Below, in pieces: positions 39,168 through 47,257 of a stretch of 64,000 nucleotides of DNA; within the stretch, counting starts at the first letter, position 1; every line of letters starts with the position of its first letter. The notes below the pieces were generated by a model, which was not told the DNA's origin, ran no database searches, and saw only the letters and a program-made list of their open reading frames with translations. The stretch covers positions 1,973 to 65,972 of the forward strand of contig JAWLEX010000002.1 in NCBI GenBank assembly GCA_041685835.1, read 5' to 3'. A program made the translations under genes and the position numbers. Source of the DNA: Desulfatiglandales bacterium (lineage in GTDB: Bacteria; Desulfobacterota; DSM-4660; Desulfatiglandales; HGW-15).

Positions 39168-41677
39168 TTCAGGGCCTTATTTTTCCCACCGGTCTTTCGG
39201 CCCTTGGCTTTTTTCCCGCCTTTATCCTCTGTTTGTTCAGAGTTGCCGAATCGTTTCAGGCCTTCGGCAAGCCTTCGGAGCTTTTGGTCCGCCAGGTCGT
39301 TTATGCTGTTCTTGGTGTAAGTTCCGTCGGCCTTCATCTTGCCGGCCGGCTTGCCCGTGAGGATCTCTATGCCTTCGTCCACGGTCCCGACCGACCAGAC
39401 GTGGAATTTACCCTGCGTAATCGCTTCCACCACGTCCTTCCTGAGCATCAGGTCCTTGACGTTGGCCTCGGGAATCAAGACGCCCTGCTTTCCGGTCAAT
39501 CCGGTCATTCGGCAGCAGTCGAAAAACCCTTCGATTTTCATGTTCACACCGCCGATCGCCTGAATCTCTCCCTTCTGGTTTACGGATCCGGTCACGGCGA
39601 TGTACTGCTTGAGAGGAACCCCGGTGAGGCTTGACAGGAGGGCATAGATCTCCGTGGATGAGGCGCTGTCCCCGTCCACACCGCCGTAAGACTGCTCGAA
39701 AGCGACACTGGCGCTCATGGTGAGTGGTTTTTCCTGTGCAAACTTATGTCGGAGATAACCGCTGAGAATGAGGACTCCCTTGTTATGGGTCTTTCCTGAA
39801 AGGTCCGCTTCGCGCTCAATGTTGATGATCCCCGCACGTCCCATGGACGTTGAAGCGGTGATCCGGTTCGGCTTGCCGAAGGTATAGTCCCCCATGTCGT
39901 AGACCGCCAGGCCGTTGACCTGCCCGACCTTCTCGCCATCCACGTCGATCATGAGGGTTCCCCGATCGATCATCTCCTGGATCTTCTGCTCGATGAGGTT
40001 GGATCTATAGATTTTGGCCTCTATGGCCTTGTCTACATGTTCTCCCGTTATGCTGGAGGACCCGTCCAGTCCTGCCCAATAATCGGCCTCCCGTATCCGG
40101 TCCGCGATTTCCGGAAAGCTGGTGGATAGCTTTTCCTGGCGGCCGGTCATGCGTACGGCCTCCTCTACCATGGCTGCCACGCCGGTCCGGTGGACGGGCC
40201 TCAGGTTGTCTTCGTTCACCGTCATTCTGATGAATTCAGCGAACTGATGAATGGATTTATCGGTTTTCTCCATGGAGGTATCAAAAGCGGCCCTGACCTT
40301 GAAGATTTTGGGGGTGTCCTCGTCGTACCGCAGAAGGAGGTAGTAGATGTAGTCCTCGGAGACGACGATCACCTTGGTGTCCATTTCCACCGGCTCAGGC
40401 TTGAGCCCCGTGGTCGTGAAGAGGTAGAAGGGGTCGTAGGTCTGGATTTCCATCCTTTCGGTCTTGAGCGCACGCTTGAGAGCCGGCCACACGCCCGGCT
40501 CGATCAGTGCGTCCATGAGGTTGATCACCAAGTACCCGCCGCTTGCCTTCACCAGGGACCCGGCGCGGATCCTGCTGAAGTCCGTCCGCCACAGGCCGCT
40601 TCTGTCCACCACCCGCTCAATGGAGCCGAAGAGGTTGCGGTAGGTGGGATAGGTCTCCACTATGACAGGCACGGACGACAACTCAGAGTTGTCCACCATC
40701 ACGTTGACCCGGTAGGGCTGGAAAGGGTCCCCTTCGGGCATGGGGAAAGGGAGTCCCTGCATCTGGGCCTTGCCCTGGTCCTGAAAGATCTTTACGTTAT
40801 CGGCCAGGTCTCCAAGCATGTCGTCCAGGAACTTTTGCACCTTGTCGCCTTCGTACTTCCGGCGGATAGGGGCCATGGACTCGTTGGCCAGCTTCGTGAA
40901 CAGCATGTGGTCCGTCTTCTCAATGTTCTCCTGGACCTCCTTCTGGAGGTCCCGCAGTTCAAGGAAAATCTGGTCGATCTGCTCACGAAGCTCGGCCTGC
41001 TTTTTCTTCAGGGCCTCATACTCCTCCTGCGGGAAGCGTCCCTTTTCCACCAGTGCCTCGATCTGGTCGATGTGTGTGGGTTCCCCGTCCACCAGGGGAA
41101 CCACTTCGGGCCGCTTGACCTCGCCCATCTGTATGTCCACCAGGGCGAACCCGTCTTCGCGGACCTTCTTGTCCAGGTCCTTGAAGAACCCCTTGCCCTT
41201 TTTTTCGTAGGCCTGCATGATTTCTTTCTTGCGGTTCAGGTATTCCTGGCTTTCAAAGAGGGCGGGCACTTCCTTTTTGAGATGTTCCAGAAACTCGTGA
41301 ATGTCCTTTTTGAACAAACTGCCTTTCCCTGCGGCAAACCGCAGTAGTATGGGGTTTTCAGGCGTCTTGAAGTTGTTGACGTAGCACAGGTCGTCCGGAA
41401 TCCCGTCCTCATTCTGCTCGGCCATCTGCTCGAGGAGCTTTCGCACGGTGGACATCCGTCCGGTTCCGGCGATTCCTGTGACAAAGACGTTGTAACCCTG
41501 CTTGTGCATGCCCACGCCGAAGCGGAAGGCCTCGACCCCCCTGTCCTGGCCGATAATTTCCGTCAGCGGTTTAAGGTCGTCCGTGGTTTTATAGGTAAGG
41601 GATGCCGGATCCAGCCGCCACCTTAATTGCTCATCCGGCACTCTTTTGGGATCTGATTTCTTCTTCCCTGCCATCAA
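39164..41677 (-). CDS. Lon-like (S16) protease with AAA-like N-domain and long helical insertion (LonC/COG1067-like)
   Basis: 837 aa. C-terminal Lon protease domain (GDSASS … GGVNMKIEG). The P-loop position reads GIAGTGRMS. A ~180-aa charged coiled-coil-like insert and a Lys-rich tail are present. Confidence 0.8.
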   Translation of the reverse strand: MMAGKKKSDPKRVPDEQLRWRLDPASLTYKTTDDLKPLTEIIGQDRGVEAFRFGVGMHKQGYNVFVTGIAGTGRMSTVRKLLEQMAEQNEDGIPDDLCYVNNFKTPENPILLRFAAGKGSLFKKDIHEFLEHLKKEVPALFESQEYLNRKKEIMQAYEKKGKGFFKDLDKKVREDGFALVDIQMGEVKRPEVVPLVDGEPTHIDQIEALVEKGRFPQEEYEALKKKQAELREQIDQIFLELRDLQKEVQENIEKTDHMLFTKLANESMAPIRRKYEGDKVQKFLDDMLGDLADNVKIFQDQGKAQMQGLPFPMPEGDPFQPYRVNVMVDNSELSSVPVIVETYPTYRNLFGSIERVVDRSGLWRTDFSRIRAGSLVKASGGYLVINLMDALIEPGVWPALKRALKTERMEIQTYDPFYLFTTTGLKPEPVEMDTKVIVVSEDYIYYLLLRYDEDTPKIFKVRAAFDTSMEKTDKSIHQFAEFIRMTVNEDNLRPVHRTGVAAMVEEAVRMTGRQEKLSTSFPEIADRIREADYWAGLDGSSSITGEHVDKAIEAKIYRSNLIEQKIQEMIDRGTLMIDVDGEKVGQVNGLAVYDMGDYTFGKPNRITASTSMGRAGIINIEREADLSGKTHNKGVLILSGYLRHKFAQEKPLTMSASVAFEQSYGGVDGDSASSTEIYALLSSLTGVPLKQYIAVTGSVNQKGEIQAIGGVNMKIEGFFDCCRMTGLTGKQGVLIPEANVKDLMLRKDVVEAITQGKFHVWSVGTVDEGIEILTGKPAGKMKADGTYTKNSINDLADQKLRRLAEGLKRFGNSEQTEDKGGKKAKGRKTGGKNKALN

Positions 41678-41796
41678 AGACCTCCTCGAGGGGTACGGCC
41701 GCGGCCGTCATGTGCAGCAAGGTGCCGCAATGCAGGATAATCCGGAAGTGGTAAAAGGGTGCGCAGTCCGTCCCGTTCGGGCCCCGCGTTGTACGA

Positions 41797-42243
41797 TCAG
41801 GCGATCCGGATCTCGATCTCCCGCGCGGATTCGGTTTTGCGCTTGGGCAGCATTACCTCCAGCACGCCGTCGTTGAAAGTAGCCTCAACCTCTTCCGGAA
41901 CCACCCGGCAGGGCAGTCGCATGCTTCGTGAAAACGATCCATAGCGGGTCTGGATACTCCGGCTCCGGTCGTTATCCTGAACTTGATTTCTCCGTACGGT
42001 TCCCTGCAGGGTGAGACGGTCTTCCGAGACTTGAACGGCAAGGTCCTGAGGGTCGATGTCCGGGGTTTTGGCCCTGAGCACGAGGGAGGGCCCTCGGTCT
42101 ATGAGCTCAATGGAGTCGATCCCTCCGGCATGAGGGTGTGAGTGTTCCATTCCAAAGTCATCCCAGACCCGGGCGAACATGCGGCCCATGTCCCGTCTGA
42201 GACGGTTCATCTCTTCCGTTTTCCAGATGGTTAACTCTGCCAT
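41797..42243 (-). CDS. Hsp20/alpha-crystallin small heat-shock protein
   Basis: Start MAELTIWK (42243) preceded by GGAGGAGG. ACD-like motifs FSRSMRLP…ATFNDGVLEV. Confidence 0.85.
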   Translation of the reverse strand: MAELTIWKTEEMNRLRRDMGRMFARVWDDFGMEHSHPHAGGIDSIELIDRGPSLVLRAKTPDIDPQDLAVQVSEDRLTLQGTVRRNQVQDNDRSRSIQTRYGSFSRSMRLPCRVVPEEVEATFNDGVLEVMLPKRKTESAREIEIRIA

Positions 42244-42483
42244 GGTTCGACCTCCTCCGGATGACCGGGTTTCCCGTAGCCGCTGAAAAGGGCCTGTTGG
42301 AGTGCTTTCGGTCATCGGGACGTTAAGGCAATGACTGCCTTGTCCTTGTAATTCCCCTGGTTCGGGAAAGGCGTGCAAAGGACGCGGCTCGTCATTGCAA
42401 CACCACATACCGATTTTAGAGAGTTGAAGGTTGCGAGGCAAGCCCTTTTACCGGCGGGCAAGGTGACTCTCAACCCGTTTTTG

Positions 42484-42513
42484 CACCACGAAGATCACGA
42501 AGAACACGAGGAA
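42484..42513. repeat. CACGAAGAN 9-mer tandem repeat (3 units)
   Basis: CAC CACGAAGAT CACGAAGAA CACGAGGAA, in the intergenic region. Confidence 0.7.
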
Positions 42514-42645
42514 TCAGCTGTTGAGCCGGTGACCCCCTTACCCTGGACTTCCACGGACACGGGCGCGACCTTTACAAACGCCGGAAGCGGGGATAGAGTA
42601 GGAGGGTATGTGACCGAAGCAGTCGGAAAGGATCCCGGTGCCCGC

Positions 42646-42972
42646 ATGCGATTTCTGAGATACAGGAAGACAAACAATCGAGCAGTGCTGGGGTTTATCC
42701 TCCCTTTCCTGGCCATGGGCATGGCCTCGGTGCTCGTGCTCTGGGACCGCACCCACGGTCTGCCTGTTCCCGTATGGGTGCCGCTCCTCATCCTGGTTCC
42801 GCTGCTCCTGGTCGCGGGCCTGCTCCTGTCGATCAAGTCGATTCCACTCATTCAGGAACTCGGAGACAAGGACTATGCCTATTCCGGGCTTGTCCTGAAC
42901 GCGTTCCTGATCCTGTTCCTTATCGTCAGCATCCTGTACTACATCCTGCGGGTGGCTGATCATCGCCCCTGA
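42646..42972 (+). CDS. Small hypothetical membrane protein (3 predicted TM segments)
   Basis: Start MRFLRYRK is chosen because the longer ORF begins inside the repeat region. Hydrophobic segments are visible. Confidence 0.45.
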   Translation: MRFLRYRKTNNRAVLGFILPFLAMGMASVLVLWDRTHGLPVPVWVPLLILVPLLLVAGLLLSIKSIPLIQELGDKDYAYSGLVLNAFLILFLIVSILYYILRVADHRP

Positions 42973-43104
42973 CCTCGCCGTTCGTTGCCCTCCAAACGTA
43001 CATGACCCACGGACCGGACCGGTCACCCCCGCGCATGAAAGGCCGTGAGCCTTGCCAGTGATCCGTGGCGGGGACTCACTGTCTTGTGGCGGTCTTGTCT
43101 TTTG

Positions 43105-43137
43105 TCCCTTCAACCCCTCAACACCTAATATCATCAC
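43105..43137. repeat. CACCTCAA-type short repeat element, copy 2
   Basis: TCCCTTCAACCCCTCAACACCTAATATCATCAC. Confidence 0.55.
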
Positions 43138-43351
43138 TGCGCGGTGACATGGAGAGGCGAGCCAAGGTAAGCCCCGCTTTTTTTGAGGGTTTCAGCCGCA
43201 GCCCAAGGGGGAGGGAAGTAGACATCAACCCTGGAACGACCCATATGTAGTGCTAAAAAACCATAGAAATACACTCTGTGGCGTGTATTTGCCGTTTCCT
43301 TTCTTCCCCGTTTCCAGGATCAAAGACGTGTTTTCTGATGTTATTTTTTCC

Positions 43352-43380
43352 TTGACAGGCCGGGGGTTTATCGGTTAAAA
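43352..43380 (+). promoter_or_regulatory. Candidate dcw (mraZ) promoter TTGACA-N17-TTAAAA
   Basis: -35 at 43352-43357 and -10 at 43375-43380, about 45 nt upstream of the mraZ ATG. Confidence 0.45.
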
Positions 43381-43414
43381 GTGTCACAAAGTGGAACTTA
43401 GTGTCATAAAGTGG
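43378..43414 (+). promoter_or_regulatory. Putative MraZ operator: four direct AAAGTG(T/G)-type boxes at 10-bp phase
   Basis: AAAGTGT cac AAAGTGG aac TTAGTGT cat AAAGTGG, directly between the -10 and the mraZ start. Confidence 0.6.
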
Positions 43415-43423
43415 TGCACCGGC

Positions 43424-43861
43424 ATGTTCAAAGGACGATCCCGACATACGCTGGACGAAAAGGGGCGGTTGGCCGTCCCTGCTCGATTCAAGGATGCCCT
43501 GCAGAATAAGGGTAATGACGTCCTGGTGCTCACGAACCATGATTGTTGCCTCTGGGCCTTTGCTCTCGACGACTGGCGCGCCATCGAAGAGAAAGCTGCT
43601 AATCTATCACTTTTCAACCACGCCGCCAACCGCTATCTCCGCTACTTTATCTCCGGAGCACAGGAATGTCCAATCAAACAGGGCCGCATCACAATTCCCC
43701 CGGACCTGAGGGATATCGCCGGGCTGACAAAGGAAGTGGTCCTCGTCGGTGAGCTGAAGATCTTTGAAATCTGGGACCGGGAGCAATGGGAAGACGAGTT
43801 CGAAAAGGCGAGACAGAGCTTCGCCCAGGACAGTCAAATCCTCTCGGAGTTGGGCATCTAA
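43424..43861 (+). CDS. mraZ: Transcriptional regulator MraZ
   Basis: Start MFKGRSRHTLDEKGRLAVPARFK; duplicated SpoVT/AbrB-like halves. Confidence 0.92.
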   Translation: MFKGRSRHTLDEKGRLAVPARFKDALQNKGNDVLVLTNHDCCLWAFALDDWRAIEEKAANLSLFNHAANRYLRYFISGAQECPIKQGRITIPPDLRDIAGLTKEVVLVGELKIFEIWDREQWEDEFEKARQSFAQDSQILSELGI

Positions 43862-43885
43862 AGGTGCATCTAGAGGTGGTCCCCG

Positions 43886-44821
43886 TTGGAATATACCCAC
43901 GAGCCGGTACTCCTGGAAGAGGCCGTTCAGGATCTGGTTACCAGCACTGACGGGGTCTATGTGGACGGGACCTGCGGGGGCGGAGGGCACAGCACGGCGA
44001 TCGGGAAACGGCTCTCGGCCTCGGGCCGTATGATCTGCCTGGACCGTGATTCCGAAGCCGTAAGGCAATGTGCAGCCAGGATGTCTTTCATGGAGGATCG
44101 CGCCCTGGTGCTGAAGGCAAACTTCACGGATGTGGGCAGGATACTGGATGAATCGGGTCTGGGCAAGGCGGACGGAATCCTGCTGGACCTGGGCCTGTCG
44201 AGCCATCAACTGGATGGCTCGGGCCGCGGGTTCAGCTTTAAGAGGGACGAACCCCTGGACATGCGGATGGATCCGGAAAGCGTTGTGACTGCGGGTCATC
44301 TCGTTAACACACTCTCGGAAGGGGAACTGGAAAGGATCTTGAGGGCGTATGGTGAGGAGAAGAGGGCCCGGGCCATAGCACGGGCAGTAGTCAGGGCCCG
44401 GCGTACGGAGCCCGTTACCAGTGCCTCCAGGCTGGCTTCACTTATACGGTCCGTGGTTCCCCCTTCACGCAGGCCCGGAGAAAAAGATCCTGCAACGCGG
44501 TCTTTTCAGGCCTTGAGAATCGCAGTTAACAGGGAGCTCGATAACCTGCGGGTCTTTCTTGATGAGGTCCCTGGATGGATTAACCGGGGAGGACGGCTTG
44601 TGATCCTGGCCTACCACTCCCTTGAAGACAGGATGGTCAAGCAGGCCCTTCGGGCCTGGGAAAAAGGTTGCACTTGTCCCCCGGATTTCCCTGTCTGCAA
44701 TTGCGGGAAAAAGCCCCAGTTCAGGCCGATCCGGCGGAGAGGGCTGAAGCCGGCCAGGGAGGAAATATCTAGGAATCCCAGGTCCAGAAGCGTCGTTTTA
44801 CGGTCGGCGGAAAGGATATGA
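43886..44821 (+). CDS. rsmH: 16S rRNA (cytosine1402-N4)-methyltransferase
   Basis: 311 aa with a TTG start. Motifs HEPVLLEE, DGTCGGGGHS and DLGLSS. Confidence 0.92.
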   Translation: MEYTHEPVLLEEAVQDLVTSTDGVYVDGTCGGGGHSTAIGKRLSASGRMICLDRDSEAVRQCAARMSFMEDRALVLKANFTDVGRILDESGLGKADGILLDLGLSSHQLDGSGRGFSFKRDEPLDMRMDPESVVTAGHLVNTLSEGELERILRAYGEEKRARAIARAVVRARRTEPVTSASRLASLIRSVVPPSRRPGEKDPATRSFQALRIAVNRELDNLRVFLDEVPGWINRGGRLVILAYHSLEDRMVKQALRAWEKGCTCPPDFPVCNCGKKPQFRPIRRRGLKPAREEISRNPRSRSVVLRSAERI

Positions 44822-44824
44822 GCC

Positions 44825-45190
44825 ATGGGCGGACGAAAATCCAGGTACGAATTGAACAGGCTTACAAACCGTGGGAGTGGGGTACGGATTCACAATTCCA
44901 GGAAGAAGGAGCGTGAACTCCGTCTGACATCCCGGCAGATCGTGCTCATCTCCATCCTCTTCCTGATTTTTATGATGAGTGGAATCGGGTATGTCTGGTC
45001 CAACTTCGAAGGGACCCAGATCGGTTACGATCTGAGTCGCCTTCAGAAACAGGAGATGGAGCTCATTGAACTCCATCGCAAGCTGAAGCTGGAACTGGCC
45101 TTTCTGACATCTCCGCAGTATCTGGAGGCGGCGGCAGGAAGGGCGGGACTCAGTCCGCCGGACCCTGACCAGGTCATTATGATTCAATGA
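44825..45190 (+). CDS. ftsL: Cell division protein FtsL-like
   Basis: 121 aa. Single TM segment followed by a coiled coil, in the conserved position between rsmH and ftsI. Confidence 0.7.
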   Translation: MGGRKSRYELNRLTNRGSGVRIHNSRKKERELRLTSRQIVLISILFLIFMMSGIGYVWSNFEGTQIGYDLSRLQKQEMELIELHRKLKLELAFLTSPQYLEAAAGRAGLSPPDPDQVIMIQ

Positions 45191-45191
45191 C

Positions 45192-47228
45192 ATGAGATTC
45201 ACGGAAAAGAAATGGATCCGATTCCGAATCTATGTGGTCGCGACGGTGTTCGCGCTGGGTCTGGCCGTTATTCTCGCCCGGGGGTATCAGCTTCAGGTTC
45301 GAGAGCGGGACAAGCTCACGGCCATCGCCCGGGCCGGATACAGCGGGGTCGTCAATCTCCCGCCCATGCGCGGGACGATCTTCGACCGTAAAGGCAATGA
45401 ACTGGCGGTGAGCATAGAAGTAGGCTCGGTGTACGCACACCCGCCGCAGGTCGAGGACAAGGCCCGGGCTGCTGAGAAGCTTGCTCGGGTTCTTGCGCTT
45501 TCAGAATCGGACGTGCGCGGCCTGCTGCAGAAAGAGGTGCGGTTTGTGTGGCTGCGCAGGAAGGTCCCGCCCGAAACGGTCGAGCAGGTCCGCCGGCTGA
45601 AAATCCAGGGGGTGGGGACGACCACTGAGTCCAACCGTTTCTATCCTGGAAAGGAGATCGCCGGTCATCTGATCGGGTTCTCCGGTACGGACAACCAGGG
45701 CCTGGAGGGCCTGGAGAAGGCTTACGATCAGTATCTCAAGGGCCCACAGCGAGTGTTGATCCAGATGAGGGACGCACTGGGCCGTACGTTTTTCGTCAGC
45801 CGGCCCACGCCGAGGGATGATTCCGGCAAGGGTCAAGCCATGCACGACCTCGTGCTCACGATCGACAAGCATGTTCAGTACAAGGCCCAGCAGGCGCTCG
45901 AGGAAGCGGTTAAAAAGACCAAGGCCCAAGGCGGTCAGTGTGTGGTGATGGATCCGGAGACAGGCGAGATACTGGCCATGGCCTTGGAACCCTCCTTCAA
46001 TCCGAATGTGTTCGGAAAATATAGGCCCGAGCAGTGGCGGAACCGGGTCATTACTGATGCCTACGAACCCGGCTCAACCATGAAGGCGTTTCTCATAGCT
46101 GCGGCGCTCGACAAGGCCGTTGTGTCACCCCAGACTCTGTTCTTCTGCGAAAACGGCAAGTTCTCCGTGGGGAGGCGCATTATTCACGACACCCACGAAT
46201 ACGGCGAACTCACCGCAGCGGAAATTATAGCACTGTCCAGCAATATCGGAGCGGTGAAGATCGGGTCGAAGGTGGGATACGAGACCTATACCGACTACCT
46301 GAAGGGTTTCGGTTTCGGCAAGAAGACCGGAATCGATCTCGTGGGGGAACGAACAGGGTTTATCCGGCCTGCTGCCGAGGCCCGTACCATCGATCGCGCG
46401 AACATCTTTTTCGGGCAGGGGTTGACCGTCAGCTCCATTCAATTGGCCATGGCCATGGGGGCCATCGCCAACAACGGAAGCCTAATGCGTCCTTACGTTG
46501 TAAAGGAAGTCAGGGATACGAACGGTCGTGTAGTGATGAAGAACCGGCCGCAGGCGGTACGGCGCGTGTGCTCCCCGGATACGGCCGGCGAGGTGAAACG
46601 GATCCTGAGCGAGGTGGTGAGCGAACGTGGCACCGCTCCGCTGGCGGCCATTGCCGGATACCGGGCCGCTGGAAAGACCGGTACCGCACAAAAAGTGGAC
46701 CCGAAAACGAGACGATATTCAAAAAGCAAGTATGTGGCCCTTTTTGTGGGCTTTGTCCCAGTGGAAGATACCAGGCTGGTCTGCCTGGTTCTGCTGGATG
46801 AACCCAAAGGCAGTTCATACGGGGGAGTGGTGGCCGCACCGGTGTTCCAGGAAGTCGGCCGATGGACCTTGAATCATCTCCGGGTGATGCCTCGCCTGCG
46901 CCTCGCCTCGGTGGAAGAAGAAGGAGGGATTCACAAAGAGGTAACCTTTGAACTCATGAAAAACGATCCGGTCGGTACACCGGAAGGGGAACAGGCCGGC
47001 ATGAATGAAATAGGCGCATCATTCCGGAAAAAAGTGGCCGAACCCGGAGAACAGCTCGTTCCGGATTTTCGCGGAAAGTCCATGCGGGAGGTCCTGCGCA
47101 AAGGCAGCGCCCTTGGAATCCATGTGGTCCTGGAAGGTACCGGGCTGGCCGTGGAACAGGTGCCGGAGCCGGGTGTGGGCCTTAACACGGTGAGTAAGGT
47201 GCGCGTCCGGTTCCATCCGCCCATCTGA
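45192..47228 (+). CDS. ftsI: Peptidoglycan D,D-transpeptidase FtsI (class B PBP) with a C-terminal PASTA-like domain
   Basis: 678 aa. Motifs STMK, SSN and KTGT. The last ~57 aa (LVPDFRGKSMREVL…VRVRF) resemble PASTA. Confidence 0.9.
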   Translation: MRFTEKKWIRFRIYVVATVFALGLAVILARGYQLQVRERDKLTAIARAGYSGVVNLPPMRGTIFDRKGNELAVSIEVGSVYAHPPQVEDKARAAEKLARVLALSESDVRGLLQKEVRFVWLRRKVPPETVEQVRRLKIQGVGTTTESNRFYPGKEIAGHLIGFSGTDNQGLEGLEKAYDQYLKGPQRVLIQMRDALGRTFFVSRPTPRDDSGKGQAMHDLVLTIDKHVQYKAQQALEEAVKKTKAQGGQCVVMDPETGEILAMALEPSFNPNVFGKYRPEQWRNRVITDAYEPGSTMKAFLIAAALDKAVVSPQTLFFCENGKFSVGRRIIHDTHEYGELTAAEIIALSSNIGAVKIGSKVGYETYTDYLKGFGFGKKTGIDLVGERTGFIRPAAEARTIDRANIFFGQGLTVSSIQLAMAMGAIANNGSLMRPYVVKEVRDTNGRVVMKNRPQAVRRVCSPDTAGEVKRILSEVVSERGTAPLAAIAGYRAAGKTGTAQKVDPKTRRYSKSKYVALFVGFVPVEDTRLVCLVLLDEPKGSSYGGVVAAPVFQEVGRWTLNHLRVMPRLRLASVEEEGGIHKEVTFELMKNDPVGTPEGEQAGMNEIGASFRKKVAEPGEQLVPDFRGKSMREVLRKGSALGIHVVLEGTGLAVEQVPEPGVGLNTVSKVRVRFHPPI

Positions 47229-47257
47229 TGCGCGGCGGGAAAGGAAAGTGAAAGGTC

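Noticed and set aside
37044-41677. BREX- or defence-like reading of the ATPase + methyltransferase-like + Lon-like protease neighbourhood.
   Set aside because: - The proteins are far too small for BrxC or PglX (238 and 219 aa).
- No PglZ, BrxA/B, nuclease or helicase is present.
- The ATPase is on the opposite strand from the others.
- The Lon-like gene is instead coupled to hsp20 and a Cys-rich protein, which points to proteostasis.
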